Part shown: positions 15,660 through 29,110 of the stretch, one piece after another
How the letters are laid out: each line of letters opens with the position of its first letter
How positions within the stretch are numbered: the stretch's first letter is position 1
Assembly (NCBI GenBank): GCA_951406725.2
Contig: OX597832.1
Span: 42,036,001 to 42,100,000 of the forward strand
Source: Octopus vulgaris
Taxonomy: Eukaryota
DNA: 64,000 bases
Reading direction: 5' to 3'
Notes under the pieces: model-generated
Seen by the model: only the letters and a program-made list of their open reading frames with translations
What the model was told of the DNA's origin: nothing
Databases searched by the model: none
Program-made: the position numbers and the translations under genes

Positions 15660-16150
15660 CATCATCATCATCATCATCGTTCAACGTCCGCTTTCCATGG
15701 TAGCATGGGTTGGACGATTTTGACTGAGGACTGGCGAACCAGATGGCTGCACCAGGCTACAATCTTGATTTGGCAGAGTTTCTACAGCTGGATACCCTTC
15801 CTAATGCCAACCACTCCGAGAGTGTAGTGGGTGCTTTTTACGTGTCACCGGCACGGGGGGGGGGGCAGTCAGGCGTTACTGGTAATGACCTCACTCAAAT
15901 CTTTTTACACATGCCACCAGCATAGGTGCCAGTAAGGCGACGTTGGTAACGATCACGCTTGAATGGTGCTCTTGGCACCCTACTAGCACGGGCACAAGTG
16001 CCAGTAAGGCGACGCTGGTAACGATCACACTCGAATGGTGCCTTTTACGTGCCACTGGCACCAAAGCTGGTTAGCCGCTCTGTCAACGATCACGCTCGTA
16101 TGGTGCTCTTTGCACCCTGCTAGCACGGATGCCAGTCATCGAATATGATT
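15660..16150 (-). mobile_element. Family C retroposon, long copy with internal ~70-bp duplications
   Basis: (CAT)n tail at the left; gtgccagtaaggcgacg..taacgatcac..gaatggtgc is repeated. Confidence 0.78.
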
Positions 16151-16663
16151 TTGATACTATACTATGCTGAATAAGAGGGAATGGTGATTGTCGGACTACC
16201 TTTGGTCCTAGATCTACTGGATTAGTGTGGACACGATAATACGAACATGACCTCTCTCTCTCTCTTGTGCCACAAAAAAAAAAAAAAGATTTCTGTAAAA
16301 TGATTGACAAGAAGGGCAACCAGCTGTTGTAGAAACCATGTCAAGGCAGTCACTGAAGTTCAGTCCAGCCCCGTGGCTTATCAGTTCCTGTTAAACTGTT
16401 CAATCCATGCCGACATGGAAAAAGGGACGTTCAACGATGGTGATGTCATATACGAACAATGACTACGGACTTATGAATAAATGGGGAAGAAGATTTTGTG
16501 ACGTTTACATCTTCCTAAAAATGGGATTACTGGTGTTATAAAAGGGGATGGGGGAGAGAAAAAAACCCAAAACAATCCAGTTAAGGGCAAAACTTGCTTA
16601 CAGACTCAGAAGTTCAGCTTTAAAACTATGACACCCCCTGTTTAGGGATACATGAACACTTAA

Positions 16664-16884
16664 CCCTTTCATTACCGTATTTCTGTTGAGATGCTCTGTG
16701 TTTCTTTTGATTAATTTTAGATATAACAAAGAATTTAGTAAAATAACTTCGTTATCATTAAGCTAGTGTTAGGAACATAAATTATGTTCAAGGTTTCTGG
16801 AAGATTTTAATTCAAAACTTGTGAAAATAAGACATTTGTACTACAGAGCCAGAGACGGTTTCAGCTGGGTTGGTAACGAAAGGG
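16664..16884. mobile_element. piggyBac-like MITE
   Basis: TTAA|CCCTTTCATTACC ... GGTAACGAAAGGG|TTAA; TTAA target duplication and CCC/GGG termini. Confidence 0.85.
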
Positions 16885-16915
16885 TTAAGAATTGTTTCTC
16901 TATTATATATTTTAA

Positions 16916-17136
16916 CCCTTTTGTTACCGTATTTATTTTGAGATGCTCTGTGTTTCTTTCAATTACTTAAAATCTAACAAAGAATTTAGTAAAATAACTT
17001 AGTTATCATCAAGCTTGTGTTAGGAGCATAAACTGTGACTAAGGTTTATTGGAAAATTTTAATTCAGAACTTATGAAAACAAGACATTTGTAATACAGAG
17101 CCAGAGGCGGTTTCAGCCAGATTGGTATCGAAAGGG
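16916..17136. mobile_element. piggyBac-like MITE, tandem second copy
   Basis: TTAA|CCCTTTTGTTACC ... GGTATCGAAAGGG|TCAA; internal sequence similar to 16664-16884. Confidence 0.82.
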
Positions 17137-17150
17137 TCAAACAGTTGTTA

Positions 17151-17417
<267 letters not shown>

Positions 17418-17495
17418 TCACAGCACTAAAATAGACAGACACCAAATACTGACCAATGTTTATTACAGATTTATCCTCCTTCATAAAAAAATGGT

Positions 17496-17832
17496 AAGGA
17501 CCCCGCTTCAGACATGAATGATCATGGGATTGCACCTAGAAAGTTCCCCATCGAAGCACAAGTCCGAGCAAATTTATTTATGGAAGACCAGCAGTTACCC
17601 ATGCATACTGCCCCCCTCCATCTCCATGCCACTGATGTTATCCAAGGGAAAAACAAAGGGGCCGATACAGTTTGGTACCAGTGACATCGCAACTCATTTC
17701 TACGGCTGAGTGAACTGGAGAAACATGAAAATAAAGTGTCTTGCTCAAGAAAACAACACACAGCCCAGGCAGGAATCGAACTCACTACCTCATGATTGTG
17801 AGTCCAACGCTTTAACCATTGAGCCATGCATC
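17496..17832 (-). mobile_element. tRNA-derived CORE-like SINE
   Basis: Minus strand tggctcaatggttaaagcg..gagttcgattcc (A/B boxes) followed by CORE-like cttgagcaagacact. Confidence 0.75.
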
Positions 17833-18834
17833 TTCTTCTTCTTATGACATAGCACTGTCATAAACATTTACTGACCTCAGTATGTAACAGTATTGACTGC
17901 AACATAATACTGACCATCCTTCACAGCAGAATACACACAAACAGAAGCAAGACTCCTCTGACCATTGCACAATCTGTCCTTCCCAGCACTGCAATAGCCA
18001 CAACACAACCAGACTCCAATGGCTATTCCTAATATCTCAGCAACTGATAAACACAATACTACCCACACTTCACATAAACTGAACACATAAACAGTATTGA
18101 TCATGCTTTATGTTATCAGATGATCTTCCAAACCACAACGACAGATACACAATATTAGCCATACTGCACGTTAACAGAATCCACCACAAAGTTCAGTTCT
18201 TGTTGCAGTGTGGTGGCTTATTGTCCCCAAGAGTCAGGCCAGTAGAGTGCAAGCTCCTGGTTAGGTCCTCCCATGCTGGATGGGTCAAAGGATAGAGAAG
18301 CCAAGCCAGGTCCATATAAGCAAAAATAGGTTTGCATAAGGTAAAAAAAAACCCCATGGCAATTCAAATCCAACAAGATCTGGGAGAGGAAAAGACAACC
18401 CAGGGTTGAGACTAGTGGAGTAAAATTATCCACGGCTTACAATCGATGGGGAACAAAGTGTTTATGTGACATTAGCTGAATGCCCGGAATATCACGACAA
18501 TAAATAAACAGTATTGACCATACTTCACATTACTTGACCACCCTCCATAGTATAATGATAGACACAATATTGACCATATTTCACATAAACACAGCATGTC
18601 CTCTGTACCATAATGACAAACAGATATTGACCACACTTTGTATTATCTGACCAACAACCACTGCTCTTACCACAATGACAAAACCTGGCCATACTGCAGT
18701 GTTTGGTTGGTTTCTACTTCAGTGGTCTACTAAGGAAATACTGTTGGACGTGTATACATATGCATATACACTCTACAGAGTATGTATATCCCCCTCATAC
18801 ACACAGCATTCATATTCTACACACTAAAATTTAG

Positions 18835-19024
18835 CCCTTTCGTTACTGTGTTTCTTTGAATTATTTTAAGTATAACAAGGAATTTAGTAAAATAACTTAG
18901 TTATCATTCAGCTAGTGTTAGGAACATAAATTGTGACTAAGGTTTGGTGAAAGATTTTAATTCAGGACTTTTGGAAACAAGTCATTTGTACTACAAAGCC
19001 AGAGCCAGGTTGGTAACAAGAGGG
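18835..19024. mobile_element. piggyBac-like MITE, internally deleted copy
   Basis: ttag|CCCTTTCGTTAC ... GGTAACAAGAGGG|TTAA; shared internal segment. Confidence 0.75.
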
Positions 19025-19599
19025 TTAAACCACACAGTCTACACCTATATACACCTACAGATCAACTACGACCTCTACAAACTTAGGTTTGCAAAAAAGG
19101 AGGGGGTAGCCAAGCAGCCCCCCTGACTCAACAAGAGAAGTCTTTACAAAGTCTGTAGAGTGAAGGCACAGAGCTTAGTGGTTAGGGGGTATTCGGCTCA
19201 CACACTTTATACTTTAATTAGATATTTTATTTCAACATTAAGGCTGTAGAAGAAATTGCAATGTGTATTTGAATATTGGTGAGAGAGAGAGAGAAAGAGA
19301 GAGAGATGGGGGAGGGCAAGACAGGGTACACATGCATTACCATAGCAACATCATGTCATGATATTGATATATGTGGAAAGACCGTAATTCAGGTGAAATG
19401 AAGGTCCTACATTTAATTTCCTGCTGGTCAACATTCTCCACTCGTACACTCTGTCCTCTTAATCTCCATTACTGATAATGATGATGATGATGATGATGGT
19501 AGTGGTGTTGGTAGTGGTTGTGGGTGGTGATTAAATATCAAATATCAGTGTAACTAGATGTACACGGAGAAAGGGGCAACAGAAATAAAAAGGATAATG

Positions 19600-19940
19600 T
19601 TAAGAAGCTAACAAGGGTGTTGGATGTAAAAGATTTCCAAATACTAGAAAGAGATAAAGCAAGCATGATTTGCTGGCTGTGTAGGGCACAAATGAGCTGA
19701 GAGAAAAGCTGGATGCAAGAGGAATCAGATGTAGTGTGCAAGAAAGAAGACTGTTAGTACAATTATGTAGTGCACATGGAGGGTGTCGACTGTATAAAGA
19801 AGAGACAAGTTCTCAAAGTGGAAAGAACCTGTGAAAGATGGAACACGAAGGCGAAATGGGACAGTGTGGTGAAGAACTCATCTGAGATGCTGAATGTCAC
19901 GAAAGAGATGGCAAAGAACTGTAATAAAATGCATCTAGCA
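19600..19940 (+). mobile_element. Degraded RTE-clade LINE 3' fragment
   Basis: Broken translation LERDKASMICWLC..REKL..RGIRCSVQERRL..VER..WDSVVK resembles the RTE ORF C-terminus. Confidence 0.55.
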
Positions 19941-20057
19941 CACTGTAAAGTGGTTAGTAAATAGAGACGATGTAAGGTTTGGGTGAAGTTTTTAATCTGA
20001 CTGAGGAAACGACAGCCCCACAGTAGTAACCCTAAATAAGAACTGACTCAAACTGAT

Positions 20058-20460
20058 AAGGCAACGAGCTGGCAGAGATGTTAGCACGCCGGGCGAAATG
20101 CTTAGTGGTATTTCGTCTGCCGCTACGTTCTGAGTTCAAATTCTGCCGAGGTCGACTTTGCCTTTCATCCTTTCGGGGTCGATTAAATAAGTACCAGTTA
20201 TGCACTGGGGTCGATGTAATCGACTTAATCCGTGTGTCTGTCCTTGTTTGTCCCCTTGTTAGCACACCAGGCGAAATGCTTAGCGGTATTTCGTCTGCCG
20301 CTACGTTCTGAGTTCAAATTCCGCCGAGGTTGACTTTGCCTTTCATCCTTTCGGGGTCGATTAAATAAGTACCAGTTATGCACTGGGGTCGATGTAATCG
20401 ACTTAATCCGTGTGTCTGTCCTTGTTTGTCCCTTCTGGGCAGTAAAGAAATAGAAATAGG
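20058..20460 (+). mobile_element. SINE family B (tRNA-like head + Deu/Nin-like domain), dimeric copy
   Basis: aggcaacgagctggcaga..gagttcaaattc..ggtcgactttgcctttcatcctttcggggtcgattaaataagtaccag present twice. The domain assignment is from recall. Further copies at about 7210-8280, 10150-10590, 32430-32900, 43590-44170, 48955-49570. Confidence 0.8.
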
Positions 20461-20702
20461 TATAGGGAGAAGATGTATAATGATGAAGTTGTGTGTGTGT
20501 GTAAGTATAACATCATGGTGCTATCCACAACCAAGAATATACAGAAGGAAACTGGGATTAAGAAGGAATAATTTACAATATATACACCAGTGATTATATC
20601 AATGTACATTTGCTATTATTTTTAGGTTATGTAGAATTCTTGACACCTACGGAGCTTGATGTTGAAGGTTGGTTTTGAAACTTCTCGTAACAAAACATAT
20701 CA

Positions 20703-21068
20703 TCTCTCTATATATAAACGGCAAAATGTCTGTGTGTGTATCCTTTATACAAATCCACAATTTTTTCAGTTAGAGGGCTCGCACTTTCTATGGTCATTCA
20801 AAACCGTCCAAGGGTGGTCGTGCACATCTTTACATTTTACCAGTCACCCCGCAAAGCCATTAAAAAATCCATAGAAGTGACTTTTTTGTGAATTTTCTAT
20901 CCAAAATCCAATCAAAATGCCCGAAACTTGATACGCCAAATGAATGCCAGCTAGCTGTATGTGATTGGTCGGAGATTTGGACAGTACTCACGTGTATGTG
21001 CGCACACACGCAGCTGTATATGCATGCACTAGCACTATGACCCAGGAACGCCAGGTCATAGTGCTCGT
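20703..21068 (+). mobile_element. Non-autonomous Helitron-like element (same family as 54544)
   Basis: Highly similar to 54544-54909; starts tctctctatatataaacggcaaaatg, ends gtcatagtgctcg. Confidence 0.78.
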
Positions 21069-21726
21069 ATATATATATATTTTTTTTCACATGTTTTTCT
21101 CCCTTACATGAAAAACGATAAACTAATCAAGTCACTAAACGGCACAGACAATATTTTTCAAGAAGCAAGCTGCATGAGACATGGATCATCATCAAGTGGG
21201 CCACATTAGGAATGTCTAGGTATGCCATATGCCATTCAGCAAGTCTTGCAAGCAGCACTAAACACATACACATATATATATACATACATAAATTTATACA
21301 CAGATATAGTCATATATGCGCACACACACATATTTGAGAGAAAGAGGGGTCAATATAGATATTTGGATTTGTGTTTGTAAATCACAAAATCCAATTAAAA
21401 AGAGACATAAAAAAGGGGAAGGAAGAGTGAGTGACAGCAAGAATAGACAGAGAGAGAGCGAGACTTTGTGGGGGTAAAAAAGAGAGAAGAGACTGTGAAG
21501 AAAGAACTATGGTCAAATATGTGTGTTGTTCAGGGAAGCTTCACTGAAGAAGCAACAGGGTCCCCTAGAGTGACAAAGTAGATTAACATACCTTGAACTC
21601 TTCCAGCAACAAGAACACCAAACACTACTACAGTGCTGCTGTATCTTGGAGGATCTCTAGCTCTAGCCAGAATGGAAAAAAACAGTTATCAACATGTGTT
21701 TTGGGTGGGAAAAAAGGTGTGCGTGC

Positions 21727-21770
<44 letters not shown>

Positions 21771-22143
21771 AACTTATATCAAGGCTGGGAGTAGAGGAAA
21801 GAGGAGACAGCAGAGAAGCATAAAATGAAGTGTGTAAACAACAAACACACCCATGGTCACAAACATGCCTGGATTAGGAGTGGAGTGGTGCTGGCCAAAA
21901 TACATGGGTTTATATATAGTTATATATATATATATATATATAAAACATACACACACACAAACAAACATATATCATAATCATTATCATCATTTAGCGTTCA
22001 CTTTCCATGCTAGCATGGGTTGGACGGTTCAACTGGGGTCTGGGAAGCCAGAAGGCTGCACCAGGCCCAGTCTGATCTGGCAATGTTTCTACGGCTGGAT
22101 GCCCTTCCTAACGTCAAATATATATATATATATATATGCATAT

Positions 22144-22184
<41 letters not shown>

Positions 22185-22239
22185 CACACATCTAGAACCT
22201 CTCCTATATATTTATATATATATAAATCAACATCAAAAT

Positions 22240-22590
22240 AAATATCAAATGGAAATTATAGTTATGATACCTGTGCTGGTGGCACATAAAAAGCACCATC
22301 CAAACATGGCCGATGCCAGCGCCGCCTTGACTGGCTTCTGTGCCGGTGGCATGTAAAAAGCACCAACCGATCGTGGCCGTTTCCAGCCTCTCCTGGCACC
22401 TGTGCCGGTGGTACGTAAAAAGCACCTACTACACTCACGGAATGGTTGGCGTTAGGAAGGGCATCCAGCTGTAGAAACACTGCCAGATCAGACCGGAGCC
22501 TGGTGCAGCCTTCTGGCTTCCCAGACCCCGGTCGAACCGTCCAACCCATGCTAGCACAGAAAACGGACGTTAAATGATGATGATGATGAT
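22240..22590 (+). mobile_element. Family C SINE-like retroposon with (GAT)n tail (RTE-related 3' region)
   Basis: ggttggcgttaggaagggcatccagctgtagaaac..ccatgctagc..ggacgttaaatgatgatgatg. Plus-strand copies at about 37635-37950, 46060-46290, 54018-54260, 59720-59850; minus-strand copies at about 15465-15630, 21980-22110, 33590-33860, 52980-53360, 57205-57470. Confidence 0.8.
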
Positions 22591-23488
22591 ATTGGTGGTA
22601 ACAATCTGTCTACTCAATTTAACACCCTCAATGGACCTTTTAGTACCTTCAGCAGAGTTCACTCTGTTGCAAGCATTTGGCCAGATCCTCACCATCATCA
22701 ACGTTTAATGTCAGTTTTTCATACTGGCATGGGTTGAATGGCTTGACAGGAACTAGCAAGGCCAGGGGCTGCACCAGGTTCTTATAGTCAGTTTCGGGTT
22801 GGTTTTTAAGGTTGGATGCCTTTTCTAACACCAAATACTTTCCAGAGTGTACTGGGTGCTTTCCACATGGCTCCAGCACCCACACCAATGTGGCACCTTG
22901 GTTTTAGGATCTGGACATCATATTATAATTATGTTTACAAAAAAAACATTAAAATGTATCATATTAGTAACTGACCTAAAATACGTCTAACTGTAACATA
23001 ATACAAATAGTGTTGTTTGTGTTCAGTTTTCCGTGAAATGATGTCCAACCATCGGGGAAATATTAGCACGCTTGAAAAGAGAAGAGGATTCGCGACAAGA
23101 AGGGAATCTGGCTGAAGAAAAAAATTGTCTCAACAAATTCTGTCTGACCCATACAAGCAAGGAAAAGAGGATGCGATGATGATGATGATGATGAGGAAGT
23201 GAAGAGGAGAAAAACAAGAGATAAAGGACAGGAGAAATATGAGAGAGAGCGCAAGAAGGAGAGCGAGAGAAAAAAGAGAGAGGGAGAGAGAAAGAGAGAG
23301 GGAGAGTGTGTGTGTGTAAGTCTCATGTTAAACAAAGGAAACATTTTCTGTTGAAAAACTTGTCTGAGTTTTTCCCCACCAACCAAAAGAAATATAGTGT
23401 GATTGTATCAAATAGCAAAAGGTGTGGCAGAGCAGGTTACACTCACTCAGATCTGGACTAGTTACATACAGTTGAAAAAGAGAGAGAA

Positions 23489-23522
<34 letters not shown>

Positions 23523-23938
23523 ATGAGTGCACATGCACGCACCAAGCGTTGCTGGTGCAAAGGTCAACCGCCTTTCTTTGTTTAATGTTCAGGAATGAAA
23601 AAAATAAATTGATTATAAAGATGTGAGGTAGATAGATGACATACGATTGTGTGCTTTTGTAGTTGGCACATATTTTTAGCCTCACACAGTAAGGAGTACA
23701 TACCATGCACAAACTACTTGATAAGCTATAAGTATTTACTCTTTTACTTGTTTCAGTCATTTGACTGCGGCCATGCTGGAGCACCGACTTTAGTCGAGCA
23801 AATCGACCCCGGGACTTATTCTTTGTAAGCCCAGTACTTATTCTATCAGTCTCCTTTGCCGAACCGCCAAGTGACGGGGACGTAAACACACCAGCATCGG
23901 TTGTCAAGCAATGCTAGGGGGACAAACACAGACATACA

Positions 23939-23986
<48 letters not shown>

Positions 23987-24354
23987 CATATATACGACAG
24001 GCTTCTTTCAGTTTCCGTCTACCAAATCCACTCACAAGGCATTGGTCGGCCTGGGGCCATAGTAGAAGACACTTGCCCAAGGTTCTACGCAGTGGGACCG
24101 AACCCAAATGCCACATGGTTGTTTACTCTTTTACTCGTTTCAACCATTTGACTACGGCCAAGCTGGAGCACCACCTTTAGTCGAACAGATCGACACCCAG
24201 GATTTATTCTTTGTAAGCCTAGTACTTATTCCATCAGTCTCTTTTGCCGAACTGCTAAGTTACGGGAATGTAAACACACCAACATCGGTTGACAAAGCAA
24301 TGGTGGGGGGACAAACACAGACACACTTACATATATATATATATATATATACAC

Positions 24355-24560
24355 ATTCAAGATGTGACCGCATGTGTACCGTTGGCAATTTTTTTTCCCG
24401 TCTTCCCTTCTCCTATGTTTCCGACGAAGAGCTCCGCTCGAAACGTTAAACCCTCCTTCTTCCCTTCTTTCCTGAGCGTCCAATAATACTATATTTGTTC
24501 CACGTCCTCGCGTTGTTGTGTTTTTTTTGTGCTTTCATATTTGGATTAACTTTATATTTA
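24355..24560 (+). mobile_element. Penelope-like element terminal (pseudo-LTR) fragment inserted in the (TA)n of a SINE
   Basis: About 200 bp of unique sequence flanked by (TA)n on both sides, carrying a hammerhead motif. It interrupts a tRNA-SINE whose halves lie at 24120-24330 and 24590-24750. Confidence 0.55.
24417..24451 (+). ncRNA. Minimal type-I hammerhead ribozyme motif, U4C variant
   Basis: GTTT-CCGACGA-A-GAGC TCC GCTC-GAAA-CG-TT-AAAC. Stem I gttt/aaac, 4-bp stem II, palindromic ACGT stem III as in Penelope hammerheads. Confidence 0.62.
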
Positions 24561-25269
24561 TATATATATGCATACACATATACTGTGTAATAGGCTTCTT
24601 TCAGTTTCCATCTACCAAATCCTCTCACAAGGCTTTGGTCAGCCTGAGGCTATAGTAGAAGACACTTGCTCAAGGTGCCACGCAGTGGGACTGAACCTGG
24701 AACCATGTGGTTGGGAAACAAGCTCCTTACCACACAGCCACTCCTGTGCCTATAGTTGTTTGTTAGAAAAATTCAAACACATAAAAAATGGCAAATATTT
24801 TCCGTACAAAGCTACAAAGCCGTACAGGTGTACAGGTATGTATGCACAGACAAGTGTCATCTCCACCCCATACACATACATATAATAGGGAAACCTCTTA
24901 CACGCAAGAGCAGTCATTAGTAAAGCCTACAATAAAGAAAACAGATCAAATTACAATTTCACACAAAATTATGAGACCATGTGAAGCTAGTCTCTTGTAA
25001 AGTAATACACGTCAGTATTTAAATTACAGACAACAATGTCACTTGATAAACCACTGAGAAATACCTGGCTGCCTGCTGGAACCTGTTTAGGTCATGGTTG
25101 GCCGGTATCTGTAAAGGTGGGCGAAATATGGCACAGACTGAAGACAGTCAATCAGGTTTGAGTAAAGTGACAAAATATCAAACAATTACAAACATACCAA
25201 CCAGACAAGACTCCTTTGTAATTCAGAGATCCTTAACCGTTCAACCATGAATCGTCATGAATGAGGGAT

Positions 25270-25685
25270 TAACCCTCCCACCCCTTAAGTATTCAGATTA
25301 TCCTGTCAAACCCAACCCTTATTTATTCACATAGCTTTGAATTAATCATGCATTATCTAGTAGTTTTTCAAGATTTCACTAATGGGATTGTTTATTTTAA
25401 GAATGACATTGTAGAGTAGGTGAGAAAGGCCAGATCTGGTCAGTTTGAACATAAAACAGGGGAAATATTTGAGTGGGCCGGATATGGCTGGTTTAAATGC
25501 TAAAGGGTCATTATTTAAACCAGCCATATTGTCCAAAAATTCTAGTTGTTTTATACATTCACACCAGCCAAATTTGACCTCTCACACCTACCCTACAATG
25601 TCATTTCTAAAAATAAACAATCACATCAACAAAATTTCAAAGCTGCAAAAGAAATGCATGACTAATTCAAAACAATGTGAATACA
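25270..25685. mobile_element. Two tail-to-tail copies of a second piggyBac-like MITE family (other fragments at about 51353-51510 and 63345-63486)
   Basis: ttaaccc start and aaagggtca end, then an inverted copy. Perfect 17-bp inverted core at 25482-25498/25513-25529. Confidence 0.6.
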
Positions 25686-26969
25686 TAATAGGCGCAGAAG
25701 TGACTGTGTGGTAAGTAGCTTGCTTACCAACCACATGGTTCCGGGTTCAGTCCCACCGTGTGACACCTTGGTCAAGTGTCTTCTACTATAGTCTCGGGCC
25801 GACCAAAGCCTTGTGAGTGGATTTGGTAGACAGAAACTGAAAGAAGCCCGTTGTATATATATATATATGCATGTGTGTGCATATGTTTCTATACTGCCAG
25901 TCATCACCTTCTCTCCCCAACCTACCCTCCAACACATTTACCATTGATAATCTCACTACATTCACCACCACCTCTAACCATCTCTCACTCACCCCCACAT
26001 TCTCTTGCAACCCCAACCCCTATACTTTCCCAGTTTTATGATCCCACTTTCTTTCCTATTCATTTTCGTCTATGTTGACAGCAGATTCACACTTCATCAC
26101 CGATCATCTGTAGCTTTCTTCCCAGATCCACTTCAATTACTCCTACTCATGTAATGTAAGGTAACCATGTATCTCCTCTGATGCAAGAAACCTATTCCTG
26201 TCCCTTCTTCTCAAAAATGTAGCATACAGCAGACACCCTCTGAACTACACATCATTTCAGTTGAGGGATACTTTTACAAGTTACATGGAAACCTTACAGT
26301 GCTGGTGCCATAAAAAGGCACCCAGTGCACTCTGTAGAGTAGTTAGCATTGGGAAGAACATCCACCCATAGAAACCATCTCAAAACAAACACTAGAGACT
26401 GATACAGTCCTCCAACTAGCTGCATCCTGTTGAACCTTCCAATCCATGCCAGCACGGTCTAGTTCTCCTAATTACAACAATGAGTGTTCCAGTTAATCTA
26501 ACCAATGGAACAGCCTGATGGTGAAATTAATGTGCAAGTGGCTGAGTACTCCACAGACACATGTACACTTAATACATAGTTCTCAGAGAGATTCAGTGTG
26601 ACTGTGTGAAAAAGGCTATTCCGTTAAATTAGGGGTACAGCTCCTTTTTACCAGCAGAGTGCAACGGAGCAACAAGAAATGGAGTGTCTTGTTCAAGGAT
26701 AGGATGTGCTGTCTGAAATCAAAACTCCCGGCTGTACGATCATAAGCCAAGTACCCAGGTCACTAAACCAGGGTATTTCACTATTACACCATCACAATCA
26801 TCACCATCAACGCTATCACCATCCTTTACATGCAGGGAGAAAGTGGTCCAATTCTAAAACTGGCAAACAGAGTAAATATATGCATCATACACACACACAC
26901 AGAGTTATTTCTATGCCCAGTTTTCTGTGCCTGCATGAGTTAGAAGAGTCCTCTCTAGTACAGCATCCC

Positions 26970-27260
26970 ACAACCCAGTGCATTTATTTTTTCTATGAGA
27001 TTCGGTTTCCTCGGATCAACCATCATTACTTCCGTCCCCACCTCATATTTTCCCAAGCCGTCTTTCCACTGGATTCTTCCATGTGAATCTCCTGGCAATT
27101 CTTTGTCCATTTGCCGTCATCGATATGCGTTACATGTCCATACAAGCGCATTTGTCACACCTGCACACTACAAACGATTCCTCTTACACCTGGTTTCTCT
27201 CTTTCTCTCTCTCACACATTTCTATTGCATTCATGCCTCCTCAGTACACTTAAAAACACT
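26970..27260 (-). mobile_element. Degraded RTE-clade LINE 3' fragment
   Basis: Minus-strand YGHV remnant; similar to the 19600 fragment. Confidence 0.45.
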
Positions 27261-27668
27261 ACCACTACGAGACATCAGCCACAATAACACTGCCACCGCC
27301 ATAAACCAGGTAATACCTGCTCCGCCCTCACCAACACTCTTACCATCTAGTGACATCACCATAGCATCATTCATCTATCTATCTATCTATCTATCTCTCA
27401 TGTATGGCTGTTAATATAAATACACACACACACACACACACAGAGCTAGCTTGATCTTTGCAATAAATTAGACCATCTTTGATTTACAGTCTGGTCATCA
27501 GTAATTGCTCTGTTATTAAACATGCTTTAAAATAATAACCGTATTCTAAAACACACACATACACACACAGAATATATATATAAATCCTTAAAAATGTTTT
27601 AGCCCGAAGGCCGCGGTCATGCTGGGGCACCACCGCTGGTATACATACATACATACATGTATATATAC

Positions 27669-27702
<34 letters not shown>

Positions 27703-27754
27703 ATATATACATACATATACATACATACACATACATACATACACACACATACAT

Positions 27755-27785
<31 letters not shown>

Positions 27786-28384
27786 CACATATATATATAT
27801 ACACATACATACATACATATATATGTGCAATATACATGCATATATATATATGTGCAATATACATACATATATATGTGCAATATATATATATTTATATAAT
27901 ATGCACACCCATATTATTGCATTTGTGCACCCTGAGTACGATTAAAAACACTACCACTACTAGACGCCAGCCAACACGGCTATCACCCCCCCGCCCATAA
28001 ACCAGGTAATACCTGTCACACACCTACAATGCCAGCAACGACATCAGCACAACCACCAGGTATCGATTCCACCAGTACACCATCACAATCATCACACCAT
28101 CATCAGCAGCACCGAGGCTTAAAGTCTTGTCTATAATGGAGAGTGAATGGGGGTGGAAGGAAGAGGGGGAGGAGCAGCAAGGAATTACCTTGATACCCTC
28201 TCCCTCTCTCCTCCCCACCCTCCTCGCTCTCACCTGGCTGCCATAGTAGTAGTAGTTTGCTGACAACAGCTGGGGCACACCGACACAACAGGCAGGTGTG
28301 CAGCACACATTGAAACCACACTTATTGATTGGTGATGCTACAACATCGCTTGCACTCGATACACCTTGATGTACTGGAGGGAAA

Positions 28385-29110
28385 CATGCATACGCATGCA
28401 TATACATACATATATACATCTACATATATATACATATACATGCATACATACATACATATATATAGATGTATATACATACATACATACATATATATAGATG
28501 TATATACATACATACATACATACACACACATATACATACATACACATACATATACATACATACATATATACACATACATATATATATACATACACATACA
28601 TACATACATATATACACATATATATATACATACACATATATATATATATACATACATACACATATACATACACATATATATATATATACATACACATACA
28701 TACATATATATACATACATACATACATACACACACATATACATACATACACATACATATACATACATACATATATACACATACATATATATATACATACA
28801 CATACATACATACATACATATATACACATACATATATATATACATACACATACATATACATACATACATATATACACATATATATATATACATACACATA
28901 TATATATATATACATACACATACACATATATATATACATACACATACACATATATATATACATACACATACACATATATATATACATACACATACACATA
29001 TATATATACATACACATACATACATATATATACATACATACATATACATACATATACATGCATACATACACACACACACACACACATACATACACATACA
29101 TACATACATA
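28385..29110. repeat. Long compound (TA/CA) microsatellite (others at 13090-13800, 27640-27905, 38870-39140, 40735-41110)
   Basis: Alternating purine-pyrimidine low-complexity tract. Confidence 0.95.
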
